This document shows positions 44,380-54,100 of a DNA stretch of 64,000 nt, one piece after another. The stretch is from an uncultured Acidimicrobiales bacterium (GTDB lineage Bacteria > Actinomycetota > Acidimicrobiia > Acidimicrobiales > SZUA-35), in contig CALHFG010000015.1 of the NCBI GenBank assembly GCA_938029215.1, positions 14,393 through 78,392 of the forward strand. Reading direction: 5' to 3'. How positions within the stretch are numbered: the stretch's first letter is position 1; every line of letters starts with the position of its first letter. A program made the position numbers and the translations under genes. The notes beneath the pieces are model-generated. The model did not search any database, was not told where the DNA came from, and saw only the letters and a program-made list of their open reading frames with translations.

Positions 44380-46023
44380 CTAGTTGCCCAACTTACGCAA
44401 TGGCGACTTCAGTGGGTTTTCACCGGCGAGGCGCTTGTTGATGAGCGCCCTGCGCTCCTGAAGCTCCGCGTGGCTCAGAGCTTCCATGTCGGTCGGATCG
44501 ACTCCGAAGCCAGCCTTGATGCCGTCGAGGTCCATCTTCCAGTCCTTCTGATCTACACCTAGCTCGTTGGCGAAGGTGGCACCGTGTTTGGTGAAGAAAT
44601 GGGTCGCAATGTAGGTGACCTCCCCAAACAGGTCGAGATCTGGCGCCAACGTCGCAATCGATCCGTCGATGAAGATCAGATTCTTGACATACAGCATCAG
44701 GGGTTTGGGCATGCGAGCCCCGTACCCCAACAACGCCTTCATAATGCGTTGCAGCTCGCTGATCATTTCATCCGGCGTCATCTTGGTCGGGTCTACGGGG
44801 GGACCGTCGAGTCCGATGTCGTCGATGACCTTGCGGACGTCGGTGTCTTCGGGGAGTGCGCCAAGATCACGCAACGCTTCCACCTGCCCGGTGACGTCGT
44901 TCATGGTGGCGGTCATCATCATTTTCATGAACGCCTGCTTCTCGGCATCGGTAAGGCGGCCCGTGATGCCAAAGTCGAGTAAACCTGTGCGGCCGTCGGG
45001 GAGCACAAGAAGATTGCCGCCGTGCAAGTCACCGTGGAACACACCATGCACAAAGGCGCCTTCGAGGAAGCCGATCATTCCCGTGCGTATGACGTCGTGG
45101 GTGTTGACGCCCGCGTCGGTCATTCCGGCAACGTCGTCGAACTTGAATCCTTTGAGTTCCTCCATCACGAGGATGCGCTGGCTTACTAATTCGGGGTGGG
45201 GTCGGGGGATCACGAAGCCGGTCTGCTTGAGCTTCACCATGATCTCGGCGACATCGAGCATGTTGTCGCCTTCCAGATGGAAGTCGAGTTCTTCCACGAT
45301 CGTCTCGGCGAAGAGTTCTACCAGCGCGGGAGGGTTGGCGAGGGCCGACACAGGGATTCTGCCGACAAGGAACGGCGCTAGCCACGCGAGCACACGGAGG
45401 TCTTTGCGAACAAGTTCGTCGATGCCTGGCCGTTGCACTTTGACCACTACCGAGGTTCCGTCCAAAAGCACCGCACGATGCACCTGCGCGATGGATGCCG
45501 CGGCCAGCGGCACGGGTTCGAACGTCTTGAAGATCTTGTGCATCGGGCGTCCGAAATCGCCCTCGACAACTTCTACGACCGCGTCATAGGAAACCGCCGG
45601 GACCTGGTCTCGACACTTCTTGCATTCGTCCACCAGCTCGGTAGGAAAGACACCTTCGCCGGCGCTGATGATCTGCGCCAACTTGATGTACGTGGGGCCG
45701 AGCCGTTCGGCCGCGACGCGGATACGTCGGCTAATGCCTGCTCGTGATTGGGGCTTGCCCCGCTCGTTGAGAGCCCACAGGGCAACCGCGCCGCCGAGGT
45801 GGCGGGCGACGGTCAGCGCGCGTCGGAGCGGTGGCAGGCGGGGCGCTTCGTACAGACCCGGAAGGTCGCGTTCTTGCTTGGCTCGTCGAGTGCCCGCCGA
45901 CTTGCGCCAGTGGGGGACCTTGGACGTCAGGATCCAGGGCGGGGCATCGCTGAAGGATCCCCAGGAGTGATCATCAGGAGCTGGGTTGTGGTTCTCGGCG
46001 GGCGCCATGGGGGAGGGGGCCAT
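44380..46023 (-). CDS. ABC1/UbiB (AarF) atypical kinase family protein
   Basis: The motifs are LGPTYIKLAQIISAGEGVFP, AAASIAQVHRA, VVVKVQRPG and HGDLHGGN. Confidence 0.85.
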   Translation of the reverse strand: MAPSPMAPAENHNPAPDDHSWGSFSDAPPWILTSKVPHWRKSAGTRRAKQERDLPGLYEAPRLPPLRRALTVARHLGGAVALWALNERGKPQSRAGISRRIRVAAERLGPTYIKLAQIISAGEGVFPTELVDECKKCRDQVPAVSYDAVVEVVEGDFGRPMHKIFKTFEPVPLAAASIAQVHRAVLLDGTSVVVKVQRPGIDELVRKDLRVLAWLAPFLVGRIPVSALANPPALVELFAETIVEELDFHLEGDNMLDVAEIMVKLKQTGFVIPRPHPELVSQRILVMEELKGFKFDDVAGMTDAGVNTHDVIRTGMIGFLEGAFVHGVFHGDLHGGNLLVLPDGRTGLLDFGITGRLTDAEKQAFMKMMMTATMNDVTGQVEALRDLGALPEDTDVRKVIDDIGLDGPPVDPTKMTPDEMISELQRIMKALLGYGARMPKPLMLYVKNLIFIDGSIATLAPDLDLFGEVTYIATHFFTKHGATFANELGVDQKDWKMDLDGIKAGFGVDPTDMEALSHAELQERRALINKRLAGENPLKSPLRKLGN

Positions 46024-46088
46024 ATCTCGATTGTGCTACAGGATGAGCGGTTTCCCTCTACCGCGGCCACCTAGTGAGCCAAACGTCT

Positions 46089-47099
46089 CTAGAGCGCGGC
46101 GACGTCTCGGAGTAGACGTCGAAGTTCCAAGGTCGTCTTGTCCGCGCGGGTATGGCACTCGACGGTGAGATCTAGTGGAACACCTTTGACCACGAGCTGT
46201 TCGAGCAGGTCTCGATCTTCTTTCCCAACCGCCATTTGAAACGCGATGTGGTCTTCGGGTGTCATGCGCCCATCTGCGATGTTCTCGGCCAGCATGATCA
46301 GGTAGACCGCGGTGGTATCGACATCGATGGGCTGATGGAAGAACATCAACACGAGGTCGCCATCGGGCCCATAGTCGATGTGGAGCCGAACGTGATGGGG
46401 CGCATCGAGCCGGAATGACATGGTGCGGTCGAAGGTCTCGAAGTTGTGGCGTTCACCACTGGTGGCGTCGGACAAGACCTTGCTGCGATGGTGGTGGACG
46501 CTTGTAAACGACCACCCGTGGCGCTCCAGGTTAAACGGCGCGACCTCAACATCGTCCGGGTCACCGATGGTGCCAAGGTGAGTGAAGCCGAAGTGTGCGA
46601 CGTCGAGGAAATTGTCGGCCATCTGGGCTGCACTGGCATTCCAGCTGTGGATAGGAAGGATCGCCTTTCCGAACCGGGGATCCTCCCATTCCTCGATCAT
46701 CGGTATCGGGGTCTTCGGCGGTTCAAGAGCGACCCACACGATCCCGTATCGCTCCCGGACATCGGCGGCGGGCCGAAGGTGAGCGGCCTTAGGTATGGCT
46801 GGTTCTGTACCAAGTGCAGGGATGGATACGCAGGTACCTTCGCTATCGAAACACCACCCGTGGTACGCGCAGCGAAGCTGGCCGTCGACGATTGTGCCAG
46901 CACTCAGTGGAGCGAGTCGATGGGGACAGGCAGATGGAAGAACCGACCATTGTCCGTTCAGTCGGGCCAGCGTGAAGTCCTCGCCGATGAGCCGGATTGG
47001 GTGTGGTCCATCGCCGTCAAGATCGTCGATCGTCGCAACCGGATGCCAGAAATGACGAAGTCCGGGGTTTTCGTTCGTGAACCATGTGGAGGTTGCCAT
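46089..47099 (-). CDS. Rieske [2Fe-2S] non-haem iron oxygenase, PAO/Tic55-like
   Basis: The Rieske motif CPHRLAPLSAGTIVDGQLRCAYHGWCF is the CPHRLAPLS signature of the PAO family. The mononuclear-iron block is NFLDVAHFGFTH. Confidence 0.8.
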   Translation of the reverse strand: MATSTWFTNENPGLRHFWHPVATIDDLDGDGPHPIRLIGEDFTLARLNGQWSVLPSACPHRLAPLSAGTIVDGQLRCAYHGWCFDSEGTCVSIPALGTEPAIPKAAHLRPAADVRERYGIVWVALEPPKTPIPMIEEWEDPRFGKAILPIHSWNASAAQMADNFLDVAHFGFTHLGTIGDPDDVEVAPFNLERHGWSFTSVHHHRSKVLSDATSGERHNFETFDRTMSFRLDAPHHVRLHIDYGPDGDLVLMFFHQPIDVDTTAVYLIMLAENIADGRMTPEDHIAFQMAVGKEDRDLLEQLVVKGVPLDLTVECHTRADKTTLELRRLLRDVAAL

Positions 47100-47113
47100 A
47101 CGACTCGGCGTAG

Positions 47114-48796
47114 CTATGCCGTCTTGAATTCGATTCGGCTGGGGAGGGCGGCGTCGCCGAACTCGGCCTCGCGGAACGACTCGTACTCGCTGAAGTTGCC
47201 TTCAAACCATCGAACCTGACTGTCACCTTCGAACGCCAGGATGTGGGTCGCGATGCGGTCGAGGAACCAGCGATCATGCGAGATCACCACCGCACATCCG
47301 GCGAAGCGGTCGAGACCGTCCTCCAATGCACGAAGGGTGTCGACGTCGAGATCGTTGGTCGGTTCGTCGAGAAGGAGCAGGTTGCCCCCATCCTTGAGAA
47401 CCTTGGCTAGGTGGACTCGGTTTCGCTCGCCGCCAGAAAGGACGCCAACAGACTTTTGCTGATCGGCGCCCCTGAAGTTGAAACCAGCGACGTAGGCACG
47501 CCCGTTGACTTCGCGGCCATCGACGTCGATGACTTCCTTGCCGTCGGTGATCTCTTCATACACAGTCTTGTTTGCATCCAAGACGTTCCGGCTCTGGTCG
47601 ACATAGGACATTTTGACCGTCGAGCCAATCGTGATTTCGCCTGAGTCCGGCTGCTCTCCATCGCCGGCTGCGGCAGCGATAAGCATCTTGAAGAGGGTCG
47701 TCTTGCCGGCGCCGTTGCCACCGATGACTCCAACGATGCCCGCCTTTGGAAGCTTGAAGGACAGATCCTCAATCAGGAGTTTGGAATCAAAGGCCTTTCG
47801 CAAGTTGGTTACCTCGATGACCTGATCACCCAAGCGGGGCCCTGGAGGAATGTGAATCTGCACCTTCTCGTCGTTGGGGTCATACGCCTGGGCGTCGTCT
47901 CGCAGAGCGTCGTAGGCGGCCAGTCGAGCCTTGCCTTTGGCCTGACGGGCCTTGGGTGCCATCCTGACCCATTCAAGCTCTCGGGCGAGCGTGCGCTTCT
48001 TTGCAGCCTGTGCCCGTTGTTCTGAATCGAGACGTTCCTGTTTTTGTTCTAGCCACGACGAGTAGTTGCCCTCGAACGGGATGCCCTTTCCACGATCAAG
48101 CTCCAGAATCCACTTGGCAACGTTGTCGAGGAAGTACCGGTCATGGGTGATCGCGACCACGGTCCCGGGATAGGTATCGAGCCTCTTCTCCAACCAGTGA
48201 ACACTCTCTGCATCGAGATGGTTGGTGGGCTCATCGAGCAACAAAAGATCTGGCTGGCTTAGGAGGAGGCGGCACAGCGCAACGCGCCGAGCTTCACCGC
48301 CCGACAGATGTTCAACGCCCTGGTCGCCGGGAGGGAGGCGCAGTGCGTCCATGGCGATTTCGATCGTGCGTTGCAGGTCCCACCCCTGTGCCGCTTCGAT
48401 CTTCGCTTCGAGTTCGCCCTGCTGAACCCCAAGCTTTTCGTAGTCTGCGTCGGGGTTGGCCCACTGCTCCATCAGCGTCTCGTAGTCGGCGAGGAGTTGC
48501 ACCGTTTCGCCGGCACCATCCATCACGTTGCCTCGGACGTCCTTGGCGGGATCCAACTGAGGCTCCTGTTGCAGATAGCCAACAGAAAAGCCCGGCGTGA
48601 GCCGAGCTTCACCAACGTAGCCATCGTCGATTCCCGCCATGATCTGAAGAAGCGACGACTTACCAGCTCCGTTGGAGCCGAGTACGCCGATCTTCGCGCC
48701 GGGATAGAACGAGAGGCTGATGTTGTCGAGCACCTGACGGTCCGGCGGGTAATACCGCCCGACCTTGTGCATCGAGTAAATGAACTGCGCTGCCAT
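47114..48796 (-). CDS. ettA: energy-dependent translational throttle ABC-F ATPase
   Basis: MAAQFIYSMHKVGRYYPPDRQVLDNISLSFYPGAKIGVLGSNGAGKSSLL. There are two ABC cassettes with LSGGE signatures and an interdomain linker. Confidence 0.9.
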   Translation of the reverse strand: MAAQFIYSMHKVGRYYPPDRQVLDNISLSFYPGAKIGVLGSNGAGKSSLLQIMAGIDDGYVGEARLTPGFSVGYLQQEPQLDPAKDVRGNVMDGAGETVQLLADYETLMEQWANPDADYEKLGVQQGELEAKIEAAQGWDLQRTIEIAMDALRLPPGDQGVEHLSGGEARRVALCRLLLSQPDLLLLDEPTNHLDAESVHWLEKRLDTYPGTVVAITHDRYFLDNVAKWILELDRGKGIPFEGNYSSWLEQKQERLDSEQRAQAAKKRTLARELEWVRMAPKARQAKGKARLAAYDALRDDAQAYDPNDEKVQIHIPPGPRLGDQVIEVTNLRKAFDSKLLIEDLSFKLPKAGIVGVIGGNGAGKTTLFKMLIAAAAGDGEQPDSGEITIGSTVKMSYVDQSRNVLDANKTVYEEITDGKEVIDVDGREVNGRAYVAGFNFRGADQQKSVGVLSGGERNRVHLAKVLKDGGNLLLLDEPTNDLDVDTLRALEDGLDRFAGCAVVISHDRWFLDRIATHILAFEGDSQVRWFEGNFSEYESFREAEFGDAALPSRIEFKTA

Positions 48797-48870
48797 AGCC
48801 CCGAAGGCTATCGCTGGTCACAGATCGTCCCCGCTCGAAATTCACCAATCGGCGGGTGCAGTGAATGGCA

Positions 48871-48892
48871 GCCCCCTGCTTGCGCAGGGGGC
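48871..48892 (-). terminator. terminator-like hairpin downstream of the NYN-S1 gene
   Basis: GCCCCCTGC-ttgc-GCAGGGGGC is a 9-bp GC-rich stem. It starts 35 nt after the stop at 48927. There is no clear U-tract. Confidence 0.4.
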
Positions 48893-48926
48893 CCAATCAA
48901 CTACAAAGAATCGCTCGAGAGCGGCT

Positions 48927-50219
48927 CTACTTCTTGCGCTTGGCGGCTGCCTTCTTGGTGGTGCGCTTGGCTGCCTTCTTGGGGGCTGCCTTCTTCACTG
49001 CCTTCTTGGCTGCCTTTTTGGGTGCAGCCTTTTTGGCGGTGGTCTTCTTCACTGCGGCCTTCTTCGGTGCAGCCTTCTTCACTGCCTTTTTGGCGGTGGT
49101 CTTCTTGGCGGCTGCCTTCTTAGGTGCAGCCTTCTTGGTGGTCCGCTTCTTTGCAGCCTTCTTGGGTGTTGCCATTGTATTTTCGCTCCTACGGGGCGTG
49201 TTGCTATTTCGGTTCTGGTCACTGCGATCTGCCTGAGGAGTCACGCTGACCAGCGATACGTTAATTCCTCGTCGTTCGGCGTCGAGCGACTCCACCTTGG
49301 CCCGAACAAGATCTCCTCGCGACACGACGTCGCGAGCTTTGTTCGGCGGTGGAGAGCCCATCGCTTTGATTGGCAGATAACACTGGGCGGTAGCGACCCG
49401 TAGGTAGCAACCATGACTTGAGTACCTCTCAACTTGACCTTCGATCGTGTCGCCGATCGAGTACTTGGTCACGAACGACATGAACTCGTTCACATCGTTG
49501 AGGTAATCGGAGTCCTTCGTCGTCTTCTTCTTCGACGAAGCCTCCGCGTTCTTGCGAGCTGAGTTCTTGCTCGACGACTTCTTGGCGGACTTTTCCAAAG
49601 CCTTGCCATTGGACTTCTTGTCGTCGGACTTTTTGTTGCGCCCGTCGGTCTTCTTCTTTGCGCGTTGCTTGCTCGTTTGCGCAGGTTCGGGCTTGTCCCG
49701 CTTGGCGGCCTGCTTGGCTTCCTTTATCGACTGACGGCTCTTGGGTCCGCGAACAACCCCACGCCACGCGAAGACCCAACCAACGTTTGGCACCGGTTTG
49801 CCACCGAGTAGACGATTGTCTTCGTTGAGAAGCCACTCGTGTTCACCATGGAACTCTTGGAACGAGTCATTGGAGAGCACGACTGCGTCCACCTGCGCTG
49901 CGACCTGAAGAATGAATGCGTCGCCCCGTCCGACTACACCGGCAGGGGGCGTGACGATCGCACCGGCCAATGTGCGAGCCTCAAACTCATCAACTTCGCC
50001 GGCGTCAATTCGGCGCGGGAACGTCGCATCTACGATGACAGTGATCGGATCGAAGCCCTCTTTGGCAACGGCAAGAACGGCCTCGTCCAGTTGGGCGAGG
50101 CTTGGAGTAGTTCGACCCTCCGTTGCGATGTTGGAGCCGTCGACCACAAGATGTTGTGTTCGCTTTGCGTTCATGCGGGTTACTAGTGAATCACCGAAGT
50201 TCTCTCTTTGCTTCGGCAT
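48927..50219 (-). CDS. NYN (Zc3h12a/MCPIP1-like) RNase domain + S1 RNA-binding domain + histone-H1-like Lys/Ala tail
   Basis: The NYN blocks are HLVVDGSNIA...GDAFILQ...AVVLSNDSFQEF. A Lys/Ser-rich linker follows, then an S1-like domain (IGDTIEGQVERYSSHGCYLRV...GDLVRAKVESLD). The final 82 aa are AKKAA/PKKAA repeats. Alternative starts are ATG 50219 and ATG 50174. Confidence 0.75.
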   Translation of the reverse strand: MPKQRENFGDSLVTRMNAKRTQHLVVDGSNIATEGRTTPSLAQLDEAVLAVAKEGFDPITVIVDATFPRRIDAGEVDEFEARTLAGAIVTPPAGVVGRGDAFILQVAAQVDAVVLSNDSFQEFHGEHEWLLNEDNRLLGGKPVPNVGWVFAWRGVVRGPKSRQSIKEAKQAAKRDKPEPAQTSKQRAKKKTDGRNKKSDDKKSNGKALEKSAKKSSSKNSARKNAEASSKKKTTKDSDYLNDVNEFMSFVTKYSIGDTIEGQVERYSSHGCYLRVATAQCYLPIKAMGSPPPNKARDVVSRGDLVRAKVESLDAERRGINVSLVSVTPQADRSDQNRNSNTPRRSENTMATPKKAAKKRTTKKAAPKKAAAKKTTAKKAVKKAAPKKAAVKKTTAKKAAPKKAAKKAVKKAAPKKAAKRTTKKAAAKRKK

Positions 50220-50246
50220 CTTTGCAGTAGTTCTAACCTTTATTCC

Positions 50247-50870
50247 ATGATCTCTTGTGTGATGTTTGACTTCGGCGGAGTGGTGATTGAATCTCCATTC
50301 ATTGCATTTGCGAAGTTTGAGCGTGAAAGAGGCTTACCTAGTGGGTTTCTGAGGTCGGTTAACGCTAGCAACCCTGACGGCAACGCTTGGGCACAATTGG
50401 AAAGAAGTGATGTGACAATCGACGAGTTCGACCAACTTTTTGCCGACGAAACTGAGATGTTGGGCCACCGCGTGGGTGGTGGCGAAGTCTTGAAACTACT
50501 TTATGGCGACGTTCGGCCTGGAATGAGACGGGTATTGAACGTGCTTCCCGAGCTTGGATACCGCATCGTTTGTCTCACAAACAACGTAGTTTCCGACGGA
50601 GAAATTCGAGCAGATGTTGCAGATGCGATGTCGTGTTTTGAGAAGGTATACGAGTCGTCGGCGATGGGCTCTCGCAAGCCCGAACCGGAGTTCTTTCAAG
50701 CGGTGCTGGACGACCTGAAAATCAATCCGGCCGAGGCCGTCTTTCTCGACGACCTCGGCATAAACCTCAAACCGGCTCGAGCGATGGGCATTACTACAAT
50801 CAAGGTGACCGGTGAAGACCAAGCCATCGCCGACCTTGAAGCCGTCTTGGGCGAGAGTCTTTCCTCGTGA
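50247..50870 (+). CDS. HAD-superfamily phosphatase (subfamily IA, epoxide-hydrolase N-terminal-like)
   Basis: The motifs are MFDFGGVV (motif I variant), LTNN and a C-terminal FLDDLGINLKPA. The gene is visibly less GC-rich than its neighbours. Confidence 0.75.
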   Translation: MISCVMFDFGGVVIESPFIAFAKFERERGLPSGFLRSVNASNPDGNAWAQLERSDVTIDEFDQLFADETEMLGHRVGGGEVLKLLYGDVRPGMRRVLNVLPELGYRIVCLTNNVVSDGEIRADVADAMSCFEKVYESSAMGSRKPEPEFFQAVLDDLKINPAEAVFLDDLGINLKPARAMGITTIKVTGEDQAIADLEAVLGESLSS

Positions 50871-50911
50871 TCTCTTCCCCTTCAGGGGACTCGGCCGAAC
50901 TGGAGGGGTTC

Positions 50912-51010
50912 GTGACCCGACAGGGGTCACCGGTTACCGAGCCCCGAGGAGCCCAGGAGTTCACTTGCGTGCGCCACGCACTCCCTGGAGGCGAACGGAA
51001 GCAATGAGAC
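50912..51010. repeat. 99-bp structured intergenic repeat, copy 1
   Basis: It is identical base for base to 51039..51137. It contains the hairpins GTGACCC-gaca-GGGTCAC and GTGCG-cca-CGCAC, nested in CCAGGAG...CTCCCTGG. Confidence 0.95.
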
Positions 51011-51038
51011 GCAGCTGTTTGAGCGGAGCGAGGCTGAA

Positions 51039-51137
51039 GTGACCCGACAGGGGTCACCGGTTACCGAGCCCCGAGGAGCCCAGGAGTTCACTTGCGTGCG
51101 CCACGCACTCCCTGGAGGCGAACGGAAGCAATGAGAC
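51039..51137. repeat. 99-bp structured intergenic repeat, copy 2 (abuts the kgd stop codon)
   Basis: It has 100% identity to copy 1 and is separated from it by a 28-bp spacer. Its last base is the first base of the kgd stop triplet (cta = TAG on the minus strand). Confidence 0.95.
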
Positions 51138-54100
51138 TATGTGAAGGCGCGTTTGAGGAGTTCGGCTTGTTCTTGCAGGTGAATGTTTCGAGAACCCGTG
51201 GCGGGGCTGCCGGATTCGGTGCGGCTTACGCGACGGATCCGGTGCGTGTCGCCGTGGGCCTCGTACAGACGACCTTTCACCGAGTTCCATGCACCCATGT
51301 TCTCGGGCTCTTCTTGTAGCCAAACGATCTCGGATGCGTTGTTGTACCGCTGCAACGCGGCAGCCACATCGGCGAAGGGCCAGGGGTAGAGCTGCTCGAC
51401 TCTCACAACCGCAGCGTTGATGCCGTTCTCGTCGCGATACTGCTCTGCTTCGGCTGCAACTTTGCCGGAAGCGAAGACGACTCGCGTCACGCTGGATGCG
51501 TCAGCGACCGGTGCCGGCTCCAGAACTTCCTCGAAGGTCCCCGAGGTGAATTGATCGACCGTGCAGCGCGAGTACTTGGCACGCAGCCCCGACTTCGGCG
51601 TAAACACGATGAGCGGCTTGTTGATCTCTCGGACGATCTGACGACGGAGGAGGTGAAAGTACTGGGCCGAGGTCGTGGGGTTGGCAACCTGAATGTTGTC
51701 CTCAGCACAGAGCAGCAGGAAACGTTCGAGCCGTCCGGATGAGTGCTCTGGGCCCTGCCCTTCATACCCATGGGGGAGCAGCATCACCAGTGGAGATTGC
51801 TCGTTCCACTTGTCTTCGGCAGACACGAGGAACTGATCGATGATGATTTGCGCACCGTTGACGAAGTCGCCGAACTGCGCTTCCCACAAGGTCAGGCAGT
51901 CGGGGCTAACCAAGGAGTAGCCGTACTCGAACCCGAGACCCGCATACTCCGACAGTGTGGAGTCATACACCCAGAAGTCGGTGCCATCTTTGGCCAGGCG
52001 GGTGAGCGGGGTGTACTCGCTGCCGTCCTGGTAGTGGCTCAGGGTTGCGTGCCGATGGGCGAAGGTGCCGCGGCGGCTGTCTTGGCCGGCTAGACGAACC
52101 GATGTGCCCTCCACTAGGAGAGAGCCGAACGCGAATTGTTCGCCCAGTGCCCAGTCGACTTCGCCATCGGCCCACATCTTGTCGCGTGTCAAAAACTGCT
52201 TGGCAAGTTTGGGGTGAACTTCGAAGTCTTCCGGTACGAACGACATTGCTTCGTACACCGCGTCCAGCGTTTCCTTGGGCACGGAGGTGTCTACGTGGGG
52301 GAGCACCCCGACTGGTGGTGGTGCCGGCTTCGCCATGATTCCTTCGGGCGGAGCGGCCTCCCTGGTGTCGGTAAGAGCGATCTGAAGCAGCTGCTGGAAG
52401 TACTCGATCGCCTTCTCGGCCTCTTCGATACTCAGTTCTCCCCGGTCGATGAGGGCTTGGGTGAAGATCGTTCGAGCGCTGGGGCGAGCGGCGATCTTGC
52501 GGTACATCACCGGTTGGGTGTAGCTGGGATCGTCGCCTTCGTTGTGTCCGTGTCGGCGATACCCGATCATGTCGATGACGACGTCCTTGTTGAAACGCTG
52601 TCGGTACGAGAACGCGAGTTGTGCAACTCGGACACACGCTTCGGGGTCGTCGGCGTTGACATGAATGATGGGCGCTTGCACCATCTTGGCAACATCGGTG
52701 GAGTACTCCGAGGAACGGCTGTGGTGGGGCGCGGTCGTATAACCCAATTGGTTGTTGATAATCACGTGGATGGTGCCGCCAACCTTGTAGCCCTTCACCT
52801 GGCTGAGGTTGAGTGTCTCGGCGATGACACCCTGCCCGGCGAACGCGGCATCCCCGTGTATCAGGATCGGCAGGATCGGGTAGTTCCCGGCATCGGTCTG
52901 GTCCATATAGGCGCGAGCCATACCTTCGACCACGGGGTCGACCGCCTCGAGGTGTGACGGGTTGGCCGCCAGTTCGATCTCGATCGCATTACCCGCCCGG
53001 CTGGTGTGGGTGCTGGTGTAGCCAAGGTGGTATTTCACGTCGCCCGAGCCCTGGATTGCGTCGACGTCGACCGCTCCTTCGAACTCCTTGAAAAGCTCCC
53101 GGTGCTCTTTCTTCATGATGTTTGTGAGCACGTTGAGACGACCGCGGTGAGCCATGCCGATAATCGCTCGTTCGGTGCCATCGTCGGCGGCGTCGTTCAG
53201 AATGGCGTCGAGAATCGGCACCGCGCTTTCGGCACCCTCGAGGCCGAAGCGCTTCTGGCCCACATAGCGGGCCGCCAGGAATTTCTCGAATGCCTCGGCT
53301 GTGCTGAGGCGTTCCAGAATGTGGTGGAGGTCCTCGCGATCGAACCGAACCGCGGGCACCTCGACCTGTTCTTGAATCCATCGCTTTTCGTAGGGATCGG
53401 CGATGTGCATGTACTCAACGCCGATGGTTCTGCAGTAGGCATCGCGGAGAACACCCAGGATGTCACCCAACTTCATTTGCTTGGCCACGCCGTCGATCGC
53501 GGCGTAGATCCCTTCAGTGGTTCCGGTGAGGAACTTGCGATCGAGATCCCAAATGGTGAGTCCGAAGGTGGCCGGGTCCAGTTCCGGGTGCATCTCCTTC
53601 GGGCCATCCCGCAGCGGATTGGTATTGGCGATCAGATGGCCGCGCACGCGGTACTGGTTGATCAAGGTGTTGACGCCGTGCTGCTTCGCATGAGCGAGAT
53701 CAACGTCGCCAACCCCAGCCACGGCGTCCTTGCGCCACTGGACCGCCTCGTAGGGGACCGACATGGTGGAGAAGATGTCGGAGTAGAAGTTGTGCTCTCC
53801 CAGCAACAGTTCGTGGACTCGCTTCAAGAACAGTCCGGACTCCGCACCTTGGATGATCCGGTGGTCATAGGTGCTTGACACCGTCATGATCTTCGAAATG
53901 CCCAATTCGGCCAGCGTGGTGGGATCGGCAGCCTGGTACTCGGTTGGGTAGCCAATGCCTCCCAAGCCAACGATGAGACCCTGGCCGGGCATCAAGCGAG
54001 GAACGCTCTGGATGGTGCCGATGGTGCCAGGGTTGGTGATCGAGATATTGGCGCCCATGAGGTCGTCTACTTGCAGCTTGCCGCTTCGGACCTTGGTGAT

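Noticed and set aside
48780-49403. Plus-strand ORFs (207 aa, 123 aa, 271 aa) rich in Leu/Phe/Gly/Cys
   Set aside because: They are reverse-complement readings of the AAG/GCC-rich lysine-alanine tail of the NYN-S1 gene.
50912-51137. Possible CRISPR array (identical direct repeats with a spacer)
   Set aside because: There are only two copies. The repeats are 99 bp and the spacer 28 bp, the reverse of CRISPR proportions. No cas genes are in the window.
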